A stretch of DNA of 64,000 nt from a virus (IMGVR_UViG_3300032269_000703:29036-93035), one strand, 5' to 3'. Positions 46,843-57,259 are shown, numbered from the stretch's first letter. Notes: generated from the sequence alone by a model not told the origin. Numbers and translations are program-made.

Positions 46843-49800
46843 ATGGCATCTGTATCTAAATACAAAAATTCTGTGTTACCAATGACTGGATTAGCTCTGT
46901 CTAACTCAACTATTCAGGTTAAGTGGAGTACTCCTTCTACTTATCCTGAAAAAACAGTCACTTTAACTAGTGCATCAGGGTCTGCAACTACAATAACCGT
47001 GTCTAGTACAACAGACCTTCTAGTAAACCAAAGAGTGGAAGTAACTAGCGGTACGGGTACTTTTGTTTTTGGAACTATTGTTACCTCAATTACTAGTTCA
47101 ACAACATTTACAGTAAGTCAGCCTCCTAGCGTATCTTTAAGTGGAGCTACTATTTATGCGTATACTGAACCATACAAGGTTTTACGATTAGTTCGTAATC
47201 AGTATGCGTATTCTGAAACTCAGGAAGATGGTCAAATACTTTATGAATTTAATAACTCAGCTAATACAGGGTTAGAACCAATAGAAGTTTTTACTGATGG
47301 GGTTACTTCTAGTTTAAGTTCTATATCTTTAGTTTCTGGTCAGTATGCGTACTATAGTGTATGGCTTCTTGTTACTAACACATGGGTTTTGGCAGGAACT
47401 TGCACAGTTCTTTTGCCCAAAGATCATGGGTCTTATAATACTGATGGAGACCTTTTAAAATCTAATCATACTAAAATTATGGAATCTCTTCCTAGATTTT
47501 TAACTTCAACATCAAATACTGCTTTTGATGAAATAGACGCTTCATCTGATATTTACAAATTTTTTAAAGGAATTTCATTAACTTATGATGAGATTCTTAC
47601 TTATGCAGATCTTACTATACGTTCATTGCCAGGTAAGTACATGTCAAATAATATGGTTTTAAATGCTTTTAATGATTTAGGAATAAGGGTAACTTCAACA
47701 TCGCCTACTTTTTATAAAAAAGCTTTAATAGGAAAAATAGAAAGTTTAAAACTTACAAAAGGAACTGCAAGTACTTTGGCTAATTTTGTAGAGACTTTTA
47801 CAGGTTACAATACATCTGTAAGCGATAGTACGCAGCCCTCTAATCCTATAGGGTTAACTAACCTTTTACTTACAGCACAAGATAGCAGCTTTCATAAAGG
47901 TGGGATTGGTGGCTGGAAGAACGTAAGCTATTCTACTCTTGCTGTAGAAGGTGGTAACGTTACTTTAACAGGTGTGTATGGATCAGGAACTACACTTAGA
48001 GCGGATGATACAACTGGGTTAGTTGCTGGTCAAACATTATTTATTGCTAGCGGTACAGGTGCTTTTTCCTCTACTACTGCTACTACTATTTCTAGTATTA
48101 CTGATACTAACCAATTTGTAGTTAGCCTTGCGCCCACAACTACACTAGTAAATGCTACTGTAAGAGCATTATTTTTAGACATTCCAACAGCTGAAGATTA
48201 CTCTATAAAATCACCTTATAGACTAAAAGTTACTACTAACACTACTTCTAGTATAAACTACAGACTGGGTCCTACAAGTCAAACTACTTCTGTTTATGAT
48301 TTTCCTAAATATGGAATTCCTATTAGTCCGGGTACTCAATATACTTTTAGTTTTTATTGTAAAGGCGGATCTTATAACCCTAGTATTCAACCGTATATAG
48401 TGTGGGGGGATAAATATGGTAACCAAACTGGTACAGATACTGCTACAGCAATATCTACTTCATCTTCTTGGGCTAAGTATAGCTACTCTGTTACTTCTTC
48501 TGGGTATTACGTAACAGCCACAGACTACACTTTAGGGTCTTCTTCTACGGTAATAACTTTACCTGTTGGTCATGGCTTTAATACAACAGCAGGTACAAAT
48601 AAAATTTGGTTAGAAAGTTTTGCTCTTCCTTTTGTTGGGGGGTACACTATTTCTGCGTTTACTTCTACAAGTATAACAATACCATTTGGAATAGCCCCTG
48701 TTACGTTATCTACTGTAAGTAGCTCAGGAAATATATTTACGATTACTAGCGGTACTTTAAACGGCGTAACAATTGGTCAAACAATAGCTATTTCTTCTGG
48801 AACTGGAACTTTAAACGGTACTACAACAGTAACAGGGATTACGGGTGCTAGTACATTTACAGTAAGCGCTATTCCTACTGTTGCTTTAAGTGGGGCTACT
48901 ATAACCTTTAGTTACGATAAAAAAATTACAGACTTTACTGTGTTTAAAGCTACTACTGGAGGAGTTAAAGAAGGTGTTGCTCAGTATGCTTTGCTTGGAT
49001 TTAAGCAGACTAGCGCTACTAATGGAGGGACATACTACCTTGATGCAATCCAGTTTAATGCCGGAGCAGTTAGTAACTTTATTGAGGCTAGAAGCGTGGA
49101 TATCTATGTAAATCCTAATAAGTATAACTATTTAATTGATCCTACTTTTAACGCTTCTTCTTCTGGATGGTCTGCTCCTGGCAATCCAGGTGGATGGACT
49201 CAAGCAGAGTATACAACTCTTACAGGAATACCTTATACAAGTACCAGTAAAATGGGTAAGGTAATTACTAGCGCCTCTACTACAGACTCTTCTAATCCAG
49301 ATTTAAAAACTGCAGTTCCTACTCCTATTACAATTAACAATACTTACTATACTTTTTCTATATACATTAAAGGTGATGCAGAGTATACTTTAAATCTTGC
49401 ATTGACAGATGGAGTAAACACAAGCACACCTACTGTTATGGCTGTAACTACAGATTGGAAACGGTTTTCAACTACTCTTTATGTAACTTCTACTGCCACT
49501 GGACTAACCCCATATATCTACGGAACTCGCACTTCTGCTGCCGCTACTTTTAGAGTAGACGATGCCCAACTAGAAGAAGGGCAGTCTCCATCAGATTATT
49601 TTGATGGTGGATTCTATACTCAAGGGGCAAGATGGACAGGAGCTGCGGATGCGTCTAGCTCATACTTATACATAAATAAAGAACAAAAACTTTCTGAACT
49701 ATCAGTTCATCTTGATGATTGGGTTCCTATAAACACTGTTTGGATGCTTCGGAGCCTTACAGGAATTGAAGCTATTGGAGTTCCTTCAGCAACTAGTACA

Positions 49801-49869
49801 GACTCCACTGCCCCATACACTAGTAGTGGCGGCGGTGGCGGGTCTAGAAGCACTACAGTGTTTGCATAG
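46843..49869 (+). CDS. Large baseplate/tail protein (P2 gpI-like core plus carbohydrate-binding-like domains)
   Basis: KGT...FTGY, NLLLTAQDSSF, YTFSFY/YTFSIY, DDAQLEEG..YFDG. Confidence 0.75.
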   Translation: MASVSKYKNSVLPMTGLALSNSTIQVKWSTPSTYPEKTVTLTSASGSATTITVSSTTDLLVNQRVEVTSGTGTFVFGTIVTSITSSTTFTVSQPPSVSLSGATIYAYTEPYKVLRLVRNQYAYSETQEDGQILYEFNNSANTGLEPIEVFTDGVTSSLSSISLVSGQYAYYSVWLLVTNTWVLAGTCTVLLPKDHGSYNTDGDLLKSNHTKIMESLPRFLTSTSNTAFDEIDASSDIYKFFKGISLTYDEILTYADLTIRSLPGKYMSNNMVLNAFNDLGIRVTSTSPTFYKKALIGKIESLKLTKGTASTLANFVETFTGYNTSVSDSTQPSNPIGLTNLLLTAQDSSFHKGGIGGWKNVSYSTLAVEGGNVTLTGVYGSGTTLRADDTTGLVAGQTLFIASGTGAFSSTTATTISSITDTNQFVVSLAPTTTLVNATVRALFLDIPTAEDYSIKSPYRLKVTTNTTSSINYRLGPTSQTTSVYDFPKYGIPISPGTQYTFSFYCKGGSYNPSIQPYIVWGDKYGNQTGTDTATAISTSSSWAKYSYSVTSSGYYVTATDYTLGSSSTVITLPVGHGFNTTAGTNKIWLESFALPFVGGYTISAFTSTSITIPFGIAPVTLSTVSSSGNIFTITSGTLNGVTIGQTIAISSGTGTLNGTTTVTGITGASTFTVSAIPTVALSGATITFSYDKKITDFTVFKATTGGVKEGVAQYALLGFKQTSATNGGTYYLDAIQFNAGAVSNFIEARSVDIYVNPNKYNYLIDPTFNASSSGWSAPGNPGGWTQAEYTTLTGIPYTSTSKMGKVITSASTTDSSNPDLKTAVPTPITINNTYYTFSIYIKGDAEYTLNLALTDGVNTSTPTVMAVTTDWKRFSTTLYVTSTATGLTPYIYGTRTSAAATFRVDDAQLEEGQSPSDYFDGGFYTQGARWTGAADASSSYLYINKEQKLSELSVHLDDWVPINTVWMLRSLTGIEAIGVPSATSTDSTAPYTSSGGGGGSRSTTVFA

Positions 49870-49878
49870 TGCTATACT
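49870..49878 (+). promoter_or_regulatory. Extended -10 promoter (TGcTATACT), likely leaderless transcript
   Basis: -10 ends 7 nt before ATG 49886, which has no SD. Confidence 0.6.
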
Positions 49879-49885
49879 ATTATTT

Positions 49886-50152
49886 ATGGATACTTTAATT
49901 TATATACTTATTTCAGGAATGGCAGTAGCTTATCTTGTTGAACTAATCACAGCACTTACAGATCGGTTTATTTCGTCTTGGATTTTAAAAGCAATTTTGC
50001 CTTTTCCACTTAGTGTGCTAAGCTTATATGTTCTAGGTCTATTTGGATTACCAATAATAATTTATGGGTTAGCAGCGTCATGCATAGCCCTCGTTGTGGT
50101 ATTCTTTGTAAACCGCCCAGTAACAAATCAGGTGATACCTGTACGTCGCTAA
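49886..50152 (+). CDS. Small multi-TM membrane protein
   Basis: Three hydrophobic segments. Confidence 0.75.
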   Translation: MDTLIYILISGMAVAYLVELITALTDRFISSWILKAILPFPLSVLSLYVLGLFGLPIIIYGLAASCIALVVVFFVNRPVTNQVIPVRR

Positions 50153-50165
50153 AATATGGAGCATA

Positions 50166-51101
50166 ATGAACAAGGAAGAGCAGTTTCGTCGTCTGTCTTT
50201 AGGACCTTCGGAACTTAAAATACTATTAACCCTAGAATACTTTGCAGACAGCAAAGGGGTCGCTGACCCTACAATGAGCATCTTAGAAGAAGTTACCGGC
50301 TATAGCCGTATGCAGATATCACGCTCGGTCAAAACTTTGATCCAAGAAAACTACATCGAAGTTAAGCGCTTAAAGCGCCTTGATGGTTTTAACCATCGTA
50401 ATGTATATCAACTGCTTAGTAACACTAATGTTACAGTCACTTCCGCGTCGCAAAGCCACAGTAACGCCGATGTTACATCAATTACTAATAAAGCTTTAGT
50501 TATTAAGATAGATAAAGCATTAGATACTACGTATCTAATGGAAGGAGAGAAAAAAGTGGTTAATCGTTGGAAAGATGACGATGATGATCTCGCAGGTGTG
50601 GGATTGATTGAAGAAAAGACTGTGCAGACCAAGAAGGCGTCTAAGCGTGAACCTAAAACCAGGCATAGCCGCCCTATCGAAGACTGGACTCCAGCAGACG
50701 TGGCTACAGAGTTTTCCTACAGGGTTTATCAAGCCTTGCCTGGCATACCTGGGGTTGTCAACACCCGTAGTCTGTGGGGCGCACTAGCTAAAAACCGCAA
50801 GCAGTTTGGCGTAACCGCCGTCCTTGAGTACGAGCTTTTGGAAAAATATTTTGCTGATTCTCGCAACATCAACTCGCTAAAGCAAGCACCGGCTTATGCT
50901 CACGCTAAGTTCCTAACCTACATTACCAACAACATCCAAGCAGTAGCCTCTGATCTTGGGGTAGAAGATCAGCCAGAAGATATTCCGGTTATTGAGCCAG
51001 TCAACAAATACGTTTACTCTTCTGATGGTCGTAGGTTTGACAATTCGATGCCAGGTAGGTTAGCATTGAAGGAGCACGAAAAAAGGAAGGCAGCAAATTG
51101 A
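50166..51101 (+). CDS. HTH replication initiator-like protein
   Basis: PTMSILEEVTGYSRMQISRSVKTLIQENYI..NVYQL; upstream of DnaC-like ATPase. Confidence 0.75.
   Translation: MNKEEQFRRLSLGPSELKILLTLEYFADSKGVADPTMSILEEVTGYSRMQISRSVKTLIQENYIEVKRLKRLDGFNHRNVYQLLSNTNVTVTSASQSHSNADVTSITNKALVIKIDKALDTTYLMEGEKKVVNRWKDDDDDLAGVGLIEEKTVQTKKASKREPKTRHSRPIEDWTPADVATEFSYRVYQALPGIPGVVNTRSLWGALAKNRKQFGVTAVLEYELLEKYFADSRNINSLKQAPAYAHAKFLTYITNNIQAVASDLGVEDQPEDIPVIEPVNKYVYSSDGRRFDNSMPGRLALKEHEKRKAAN
50418..50540. repeat. Candidate replication origin: two palindromic iterons plus AT-rich inverted repeats
   Basis: AGTAAC-N6-GTTACA at 50418 and 50460; TAATAA..TTATTA; CATTAGATAC-TAC-GTATCTAATG. Confidence 0.6.
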
Positions 51102-51823
51102 GTTACGACGTATCTAAAATCGGTGGCGACAAACGCCACGTTATTGCACTAGGGTCTAACATTCCACGTAGGTTTATTGGTATGGAGCCAGCAGACATCG
51201 CAGAAATGTCAGGGTCTTTTCCACAAGAAATTGAAGATTGGATTGAAAATGTTCTTAAAGGTAAAGTCATTAAGCAACTCGGTGGCATCGGTGTTACTGG
51301 AGTGGGTCTGCTATTTGATGGCGGTCCTGGTCTAGGAAAGACCACTCACGCTGTAGTTACTCTTATGGAGTTAATCCGTAGGTTACCAGAAGACCCTCAA
51401 GAAGTTTCTAGGATCTTTGGAACAGGTAACCAAACAGTCAGCCGTAACTTTAGGTCTATCTATTACCTAACCTTCCCTGAGTTTGTTGTTCGCAAAAAAG
51501 CGATTATGGAAGCTGACTCTGACACTAGGCGTGAACTATACGAAGAGATGGAAGGCTTTCACGGTCGTGCTAAAGATGACAACCTAAACGTACGTGTTCT
51601 TGTTCTTGACGATCTAGGCAAAGAGTACGGTAGCAAATATAACGACGCTACATTTGACGAAGTTTTGCGCTCACGCTATGACAAGGGCTTGCCTACAATT
51701 GTTACGACAAATGTACTCCGTGAAAAGTGGGCAGCTCAATACGGTGAAGCAATGGGGTCATTTGCTTATGAAGCGTTTGTTCGCATCCAGCTAGGTGCAA
51801 AAGACTTAAGGAAAAACGGCTAA
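51098..51823 (+). CDS. DnaC/IstB-like AAA+ helicase loader
   Basis: GGPGLGKT, LVLDDLGKE, RYDKGLPTIVTTN. Confidence 0.88.
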   Translation: MSYDVSKIGGDKRHVIALGSNIPRRFIGMEPADIAEMSGSFPQEIEDWIENVLKGKVIKQLGGIGVTGVGLLFDGGPGLGKTTHAVVTLMELIRRLPEDPQEVSRIFGTGNQTVSRNFRSIYYLTFPEFVVRKKAIMEADSDTRRELYEEMEGFHGRAKDDNLNVRVLVLDDLGKEYGSKYNDATFDEVLRSRYDKGLPTIVTTNVLREKWAAQYGEAMGSFAYEAFVRIQLGAKDLRKNG

Positions 51824-52113
51824 TGGACATTGAGTGGAGGACAATTCAATTTTTTATTTCTTCCAGCGGTGTGTGTGAAGTTCAGTCAGATGATGCTTCT
51901 ACAAAAAAACTCCGTTGCACTTGTAGGGATTTTGCAGTTCTTGCTCGTTGCAAACACGTCAAGTTTGTCAAAGATCGTATTGGACAGACAGGCACTTACA
52001 CAGTTAAACTAGCCGAAGACACAGATGATGAAAACGTAGTAGCTGCTATGTACAACACAGAGATGTTCCGTAGCTTTCTAATACATCACGCAAAGATAGA
52101 GGTACTTGAATGA
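51823..52113 (+). CDS. SWIM Zn-finger protein
   Basis: CTC..F....CKH. Confidence 0.8.
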   Translation: MDIEWRTIQFFISSSGVCEVQSDDASTKKLRCTCRDFAVLARCKHVKFVKDRIGQTGTYTVKLAEDTDDENVVAAMYNTEMFRSFLIHHAKIEVLE

Positions 52114-52535
52114 AGGGTGGAGACATCAGCAATGACACACCTCCAAAAATTGTAGTTCTTGTTGACGTAGTTGCTACTTTAAAACAAGAAGAGGTGACTT
52201 CAGGATCTGGTCTATTTAAAAAGAAATCTACAAAATCAAGTGTAGATATTAACCTAAAAGAAGTAGCACATCTATGGACTCTTGGAAATAAGTACGGTCT
52301 TTCAATAGAGCTAGCTGGTTATGAAGACCAAGGTTGGACAGTAGAAGACCTTGAAAAAGTAATGGACACACTGGAACGTAAAGTTTCTAACCCGTTTAAC
52401 TATGCAGAAGTGTACGCAAATGTAGAACAAATGGTTTCTTTACTTCCATATAGGACTAGTTTAAAAGGAATTGTTGACCTGCCGGGTCGTGTTGCAAGGT
52501 ACGGCTCTTATGGTGTAGAATTATCTAATCTCTAA
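52110..52535 (+). CDS. Hypothetical protein
   Basis: MKGGDISN..P; coupled. Confidence 0.75.
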   Translation: MKGGDISNDTPPKIVVLVDVVATLKQEEVTSGSGLFKKKSTKSSVDINLKEVAHLWTLGNKYGLSIELAGYEDQGWTVEDLEKVMDTLERKVSNPFNYAEVYANVEQMVSLLPYRTSLKGIVDLPGRVARYGSYGVELSNL

Positions 52536-52548
52536 GAAGGAATAAGAA

Positions 52549-53799
52549 ATGGCATACGATAACGAATATCGCTTAGTAAGTAAGGTCATACGCGACCGCA
52601 ACATCATACCAGTAATTGAAATCGGTATTAAAGACGATTGGATTGTTGATGATGACCTTCGTCGTATCTGGAAGTTTGTACGTGAGCACTATGTAAAATA
52701 TCGTGAAGTCCCTACAGCTACAACTGTACAAGATAACTTTCCAGCGTTTAAAGCATTAGATGTACAAGACAGTATTGACTACCTCATTGACCAGATGGTT
52801 GCTTTCCGTCGTCGTACTTTGACTAAGAATGGTATTGAAGACTCTTTAGCCAAGATGGTCGTAAACGATCACGAAGGCGCTCTAAATGAGATGAGCAAGA
52901 CAGTTACTCTTGTTAACGAACAGGGTAACGTAGGAACTACTCACGTAGATCTTACAAAAGATCCTACTGCTCGTTTCCTAGAGTACGAGAACCTACAGAA
53001 CTCTGTTCTGCTTGGCATACCAACTGGGTTTGGAAAGATTGACGAAGCAACAGCTGGTCTACAGGGCGGGCAGCTAATTACTGTTATTGCTCCGCCTAAG
53101 ACCGGTAAGTCACAGATTGCTTTACAGATGGCAGTTAATGTGCACAAGTCTGGCAAAGTTCCTATGTTCCAGTCTTTTGAAATGAACAACCACGAGCAGT
53201 CACAGCGTCACGATGCTATGCGCGCACACCTGTCTGCTAAGAATCTACGTCTTGGAAAACTAAACAGCCAAGAAGAAGAGCGCTATATTGATATGCTAGA
53301 AGAAATGAAGACCTCTCATCCTTTCCATCTAGTAGACGCAGTTAACGGATTGACTATTGACTCTCTAGTTGCTAAAGCTGAGCAGTTAAAGCCAGACATT
53401 CTATTTGTAGATGGTGTGTATCTTATGCTTGACCAAGTAACTGGTGACGCAAACACGCCACAGGCATTGACGAACATTACTCGTGGTCTAAAGCGTGTTG
53501 CCCAGGTTCTTGATATCCCTGTAGTTATTACTACTCAGACATTACTTTGGAAGATGAAAGGCGGTAAAGTCTCTGCTGACTCTATCGGTTATTCGTCCTC
53601 ATTCTTCCAAGACTCTGACGTCATTCTAGGTCTAGAACAAGTTGATAACGATGATAAACGCCGTACTCTTAAGGTTGTACAAGCACGTAACTGCGGACCG
53701 TCTGACGAGACCATTACTTGGGACTGGGACACTGGTTGCTTCCATGATGAATCAAAGGCTGACAACTGCGACTACTGCACCCCTTGGAGCGCTGTTTAA
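52549..53799 (+). CDS. dnaB: Replicative DNA helicase (DnaB-like)
   Basis: GIPTGF..ID..T.GLQ, APPKTGKS, SFEM, FVDGVYLM, QDSD. Confidence 0.92.
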   Translation: MAYDNEYRLVSKVIRDRNIIPVIEIGIKDDWIVDDDLRRIWKFVREHYVKYREVPTATTVQDNFPAFKALDVQDSIDYLIDQMVAFRRRTLTKNGIEDSLAKMVVNDHEGALNEMSKTVTLVNEQGNVGTTHVDLTKDPTARFLEYENLQNSVLLGIPTGFGKIDEATAGLQGGQLITVIAPPKTGKSQIALQMAVNVHKSGKVPMFQSFEMNNHEQSQRHDAMRAHLSAKNLRLGKLNSQEEERYIDMLEEMKTSHPFHLVDAVNGLTIDSLVAKAEQLKPDILFVDGVYLMLDQVTGDANTPQALTNITRGLKRVAQVLDIPVVITTQTLLWKMKGGKVSADSIGYSSSFFQDSDVILGLEQVDNDDKRRTLKVVQARNCGPSDETITWDWDTGCFHDESKADNCDYCTPWSAV

Positions 53800-54806
53800 T
53801 GTTTGACGTAGAAGAAACCTTACTTGCTTTAAACATTGACTACACTACTCGTAACGTAGAGGCTAACGCTTTGTGCCCTATGCACGAGCGTATGACAGGT
53901 CGTCCAGATGGCAATCCTTCCTGGTGGATCAACCTTGAAACAGGTGCTCACATCTGCTTTTCTTGCCACTACAAAGGCAACCTTTTACAGCTAGTTTGTG
54001 ATGTCCACGAGTTTTACATAAAACTGCCAGACGGCTCGTACGGGTACGATTATGCTGCAGGTAAGTCCTGGTTGGCAAATGCCTCTGATACCCCCGTAGA
54101 GAGGCTCCTAGAGCATTTAAAGGCTATTCCACGGTTCATCCAACCTATACCAAAACCAGTTCCAATGTCAGAAGCTAGGTTAGCCGTATTTGTTGACCCA
54201 CCTCAAGAAGAACTAGACAAACGCGGTATTTTACTGCCTAAAGCTCAGGACTTAGGTATCCTATGGGATGCCAAGAAAAAGACCTGGATTTTACCATTGC
54301 GTCATCCTGGAACTAACTCCTTGATGGGCTGGCAGGAAAAAGGAACTGTTTCTCGTACTTTTATGAACCGTCCAGCAGGTATTGCTAAGTCCACTACCTT
54401 ATTTGGCGTACAAACTCTCCAAGATAACGAGCCGGTGGTTGTTGTAGAATCTCCACTAGACGTAGCACACATATTGTCAACAGGTTGGAAAGCACCAGTT
54501 GTTGCAGTTTGCGGGTCCTCAATGAGCGAAGATCAGGTAAAATTATTAAGGAACTCAAGTACATTAATTGCTGCATTTGACAATCCAAACATTGATAAAG
54601 CAGGTAAGAAAGCGTGTGACGAGCTTCAAGTCTTAGCTCGTAAATACGGTCTTATGGTTTACTACTTTAATTATGGAGACAGTAACGCAAAAGATCCAGG
54701 CGATCTAAATGCCGAACAAATACGCTGGGGCATAGAGAACGCTAAAGCAGGAATATACGGAGAATCAGCATATGTTTATAGGGACACTGAAGCCATACCA
54801 GGTTGA
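53799..54806 (+). CDS. DNA primase (CHC2 Zn + TOPRIM)
   Basis: CPMH...CFSC; VVESPLD; FDN.D.AG; KDPGD. Confidence 0.9.
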   Translation: MFDVEETLLALNIDYTTRNVEANALCPMHERMTGRPDGNPSWWINLETGAHICFSCHYKGNLLQLVCDVHEFYIKLPDGSYGYDYAAGKSWLANASDTPVERLLEHLKAIPRFIQPIPKPVPMSEARLAVFVDPPQEELDKRGILLPKAQDLGILWDAKKKTWILPLRHPGTNSLMGWQEKGTVSRTFMNRPAGIAKSTTLFGVQTLQDNEPVVVVESPLDVAHILSTGWKAPVVAVCGSSMSEDQVKLLRNSSTLIAAFDNPNIDKAGKKACDELQVLARKYGLMVYYFNYGDSNAKDPGDLNAEQIRWGIENAKAGIYGESAYVYRDTEAIPG

Positions 54807-56322
54807 AGCAGTAACTAAGATGGTAGCTAGTAAAAAAATACTAGTAGCCTATGAAATGGGTCTTGGTAAAACCCCTATGACTATTGCAGCAATAGAAAAG
54901 CTTAGTTCTAAGTTAACCCTAGTAGTTTGTTTAGCTAGCTTAAAGTACCAATGGCAAAAAGAAATCTCAAAGTTTTCCGACAAAAAAGCTATTGTAATCG
55001 ACGGTACTGTCTCTCAAAGAGCCGCTCAATACAGTGAAATGCATAAGTATGATTATGTAATCATGAACTATGAACAGGTTGTAAATGATTGGGACTGCAT
55101 TAAGAATGTTCCTTTTACTGCAATAGTTTGTGATGAAGCAACAGCCATCAAAGGGTTCAGGGCTAAACGCTCTAAAAAAGTTAAAGATCTTTCTAAAAAC
55201 ATTCCAATTAGGTTTGCTTTAACAGGAACTCCTATTGAAAATGGTAGACCTGAAGAGATGTACTCTATTATGCAGTTTGTCAATAAAGATATTCTAGGAC
55301 GGTTTGATATCTTTGACAAAACGTTTATTGTAAGAAATAGGTTTGGTGGGGTAGAGCGGTACCGTAATTTGTCACTGCTTCATGATACAGTTAAAAAAGC
55401 CACAGTTCGTAAGTCTCAAAAAGATGAAGATGTAAAGCCGTTCCTACCAGATGCAGTATATCGTGAGCCTTTAATTGTAAGGCTTGACAGGTCTGCTCAA
55501 AAGCTGTATGATTATATATCCAAAGACACAATCAACCTTTTAATAGAAGCTAGTGAAATATTCGGATCAAATTTCAATGTTGCTGCACATTACGGTCAAT
55601 TATACGACCCAGGTGACCCAGCAAATGAAATGCGTGGGCAAATAATGTCTAGAATTTCAGCTTTAAGAATGCTGTGTTCAAACCCTCAAAGCTTAATAAC
55701 AAGTGCTGTAAACTTTGACCAACATACTGGTAAAGGAAGCGCCTACATCCATTCTTTAATGGACAAACTAGAAGGTCTTACAAAGAACAACAAATTAGAT
55801 GCCACACTAGCTTACATAAAAGAACACCTAGATATTGATCCTTCTTATAAGATCGTTATCTTTTCTTCTTACCTAGATTCAGTTAATATCTTATCTACGA
55901 AACTTGCACAAAGTAATATAGAAGCCGTAAAATACACAGGAGAAATGAATGCCAAAGAAAAAGAAAAAGCGAAAGAAACCTTTCAATCACAATCCAATAC
56001 TAGAGTTCTTATTAGTTCTGATGCTGGGGGTTATGGTGTTGATTTACCTCAAGCCAACCTTCTAATCAACTATGACCAACCCTGGTCAGCTGGACTAGCT
56101 GTTCAAAGGAATGGGCGGATTCAACGTACATCCTCCAATTGGACAACTATCACAATTCAAGATATACTAGTACAAGATTCCATCGAAGAACGTCAATACG
56201 ACATGTTAAAACAAAAGTCGAGTGTCGCTAATGCGGTTTTGGATGGAGTCGGTATAAACTCTAAAGGTGGAGTTGACTTAACCGTAGGTAGTCTGATAAC
56301 ATTTTTAACGAACAATCTATAA
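54772..56322 (+). CDS. SNF2-family helicase
   Basis: EMGLGKT, CDEA, LTGTPIEN, SSDAGGYGVDL, QRNGRIQR. Confidence 0.92.
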   Translation: MFIGTLKPYQVEAVTKMVASKKILVAYEMGLGKTPMTIAAIEKLSSKLTLVVCLASLKYQWQKEISKFSDKKAIVIDGTVSQRAAQYSEMHKYDYVIMNYEQVVNDWDCIKNVPFTAIVCDEATAIKGFRAKRSKKVKDLSKNIPIRFALTGTPIENGRPEEMYSIMQFVNKDILGRFDIFDKTFIVRNRFGGVERYRNLSLLHDTVKKATVRKSQKDEDVKPFLPDAVYREPLIVRLDRSAQKLYDYISKDTINLLIEASEIFGSNFNVAAHYGQLYDPGDPANEMRGQIMSRISALRMLCSNPQSLITSAVNFDQHTGKGSAYIHSLMDKLEGLTKNNKLDATLAYIKEHLDIDPSYKIVIFSSYLDSVNILSTKLAQSNIEAVKYTGEMNAKEKEKAKETFQSQSNTRVLISSDAGGYGVDLPQANLLINYDQPWSAGLAVQRNGRIQRTSSNWTTITIQDILVQDSIEERQYDMLKQKSSVANAVLDGVGINSKGGVDLTVGSLITFLTNNL

Positions 56323-56332
56323 GGAAAAAGAA

Positions 56333-56776
56333 ATGGCAAAAATAATCGAAGAAGAATCTCGTCTTCCACAAGATCCGGAAGACTTTCAAGCACAAGCACG
56401 TGAGTACGTACTGCTAAAGAAAAGCCTAGATGCACTTGAAGCTCGTCAAAAAGAACTACGTGAAAAGCTTTTCGCAAAGCTAGATGTAGAAGGTCAGGAA
56501 GACTCTTCTGGTAACGTATTTCTAGAGTTGACCAACGAAATCGAAGGCATACGCGTTATTGAAAAACAGCGTCGTACTTCTCGTAAGCTAGATGAAACTA
56601 TTGCAGAAGCAATCATTACCGAAAAAGGTCTAGAGGAAACTCTATATAAAACCATTCGTGTTATTGATGAAGACGCGATTATGGCTGCCCACTACAACGA
56701 CCAGCTAAGTGAAGACGAGATCGATCAGATGTTCCCTTCTAAAATTACCTGGGCTTTGATGACAAAGAAGAAGTAG
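56333..56776 (+). CDS. Hypothetical coiled-coil protein of replication module
   Basis: AAGGA SD; biased codons. Confidence 0.75.
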   Translation: MAKIIEEESRLPQDPEDFQAQAREYVLLKKSLDALEARQKELREKLFAKLDVEGQEDSSGNVFLELTNEIEGIRVIEKQRRTSRKLDETIAEAIITEKGLEETLYKTIRVIDEDAIMAAHYNDQLSEDEIDQMFPSKITWALMTKKK

Positions 56777-56780
56777 GGGC

Positions 56781-57254
56781 ATGTCAGGTATACGTAGTGA
56801 AGAAGAACTCTTAAAAGGATTTGAGGGTCTTGATCTCGTACCTGGATCCAAACAAACACGCCGTCCAGCTTCAACTGAAACCGGTAAAAAGCGTGGTAAG
56901 CTTTCTAAAGATTCTAATGGTTGGGATGAAAACCCAACCATTAAATCTTTGAAAGGAGTAGAGACAGAAGTGTTTCCTATCAGTGCGCTAGCAAAAGCGC
57001 TTGATAAGCAAATTGTCACTATTCGCCTATGGGAAAAGAAGGGTTACATTCCTATTGCCCCATATCGTTTACGCTCTAAAAGTCTTAAAGGGAATAAAGT
57101 AATGGGTAATCGGGTTTATACTCGTGCGCTTATTGAAATTACCATTGAGGAGTTTGCAAAGCGTGGACTACTAGGTTCTGCTCGTGTAGAGTGGAGCTTG
57201 CATCCAGACCTGACTGACGTACTTGTCAAAAGGTGGAAAGATGTGCTACAATAA
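56781..57254 (+). CDS. MerR-like HTH DNA-binding protein
   Basis: FPISALAKALDKQIVTIRLWEKKGYIP...RVYT. Confidence 0.8.
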   Translation: MSGIRSEEELLKGFEGLDLVPGSKQTRRPASTETGKKRGKLSKDSNGWDENPTIKSLKGVETEVFPISALAKALDKQIVTIRLWEKKGYIPIAPYRLRSKSLKGNKVMGNRVYTRALIEITIEEFAKRGLLGSARVEWSLHPDLTDVLVKRWKDVLQ

Positions 57255-57259
57255 TAATT

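Noticed and set aside
34698-49869. Bacterial contractile injection system (eCIS/T6SS)
   Set aside because: Terminase, portal, capsid and replication genes in the same window show a complete myovirus-type phage.
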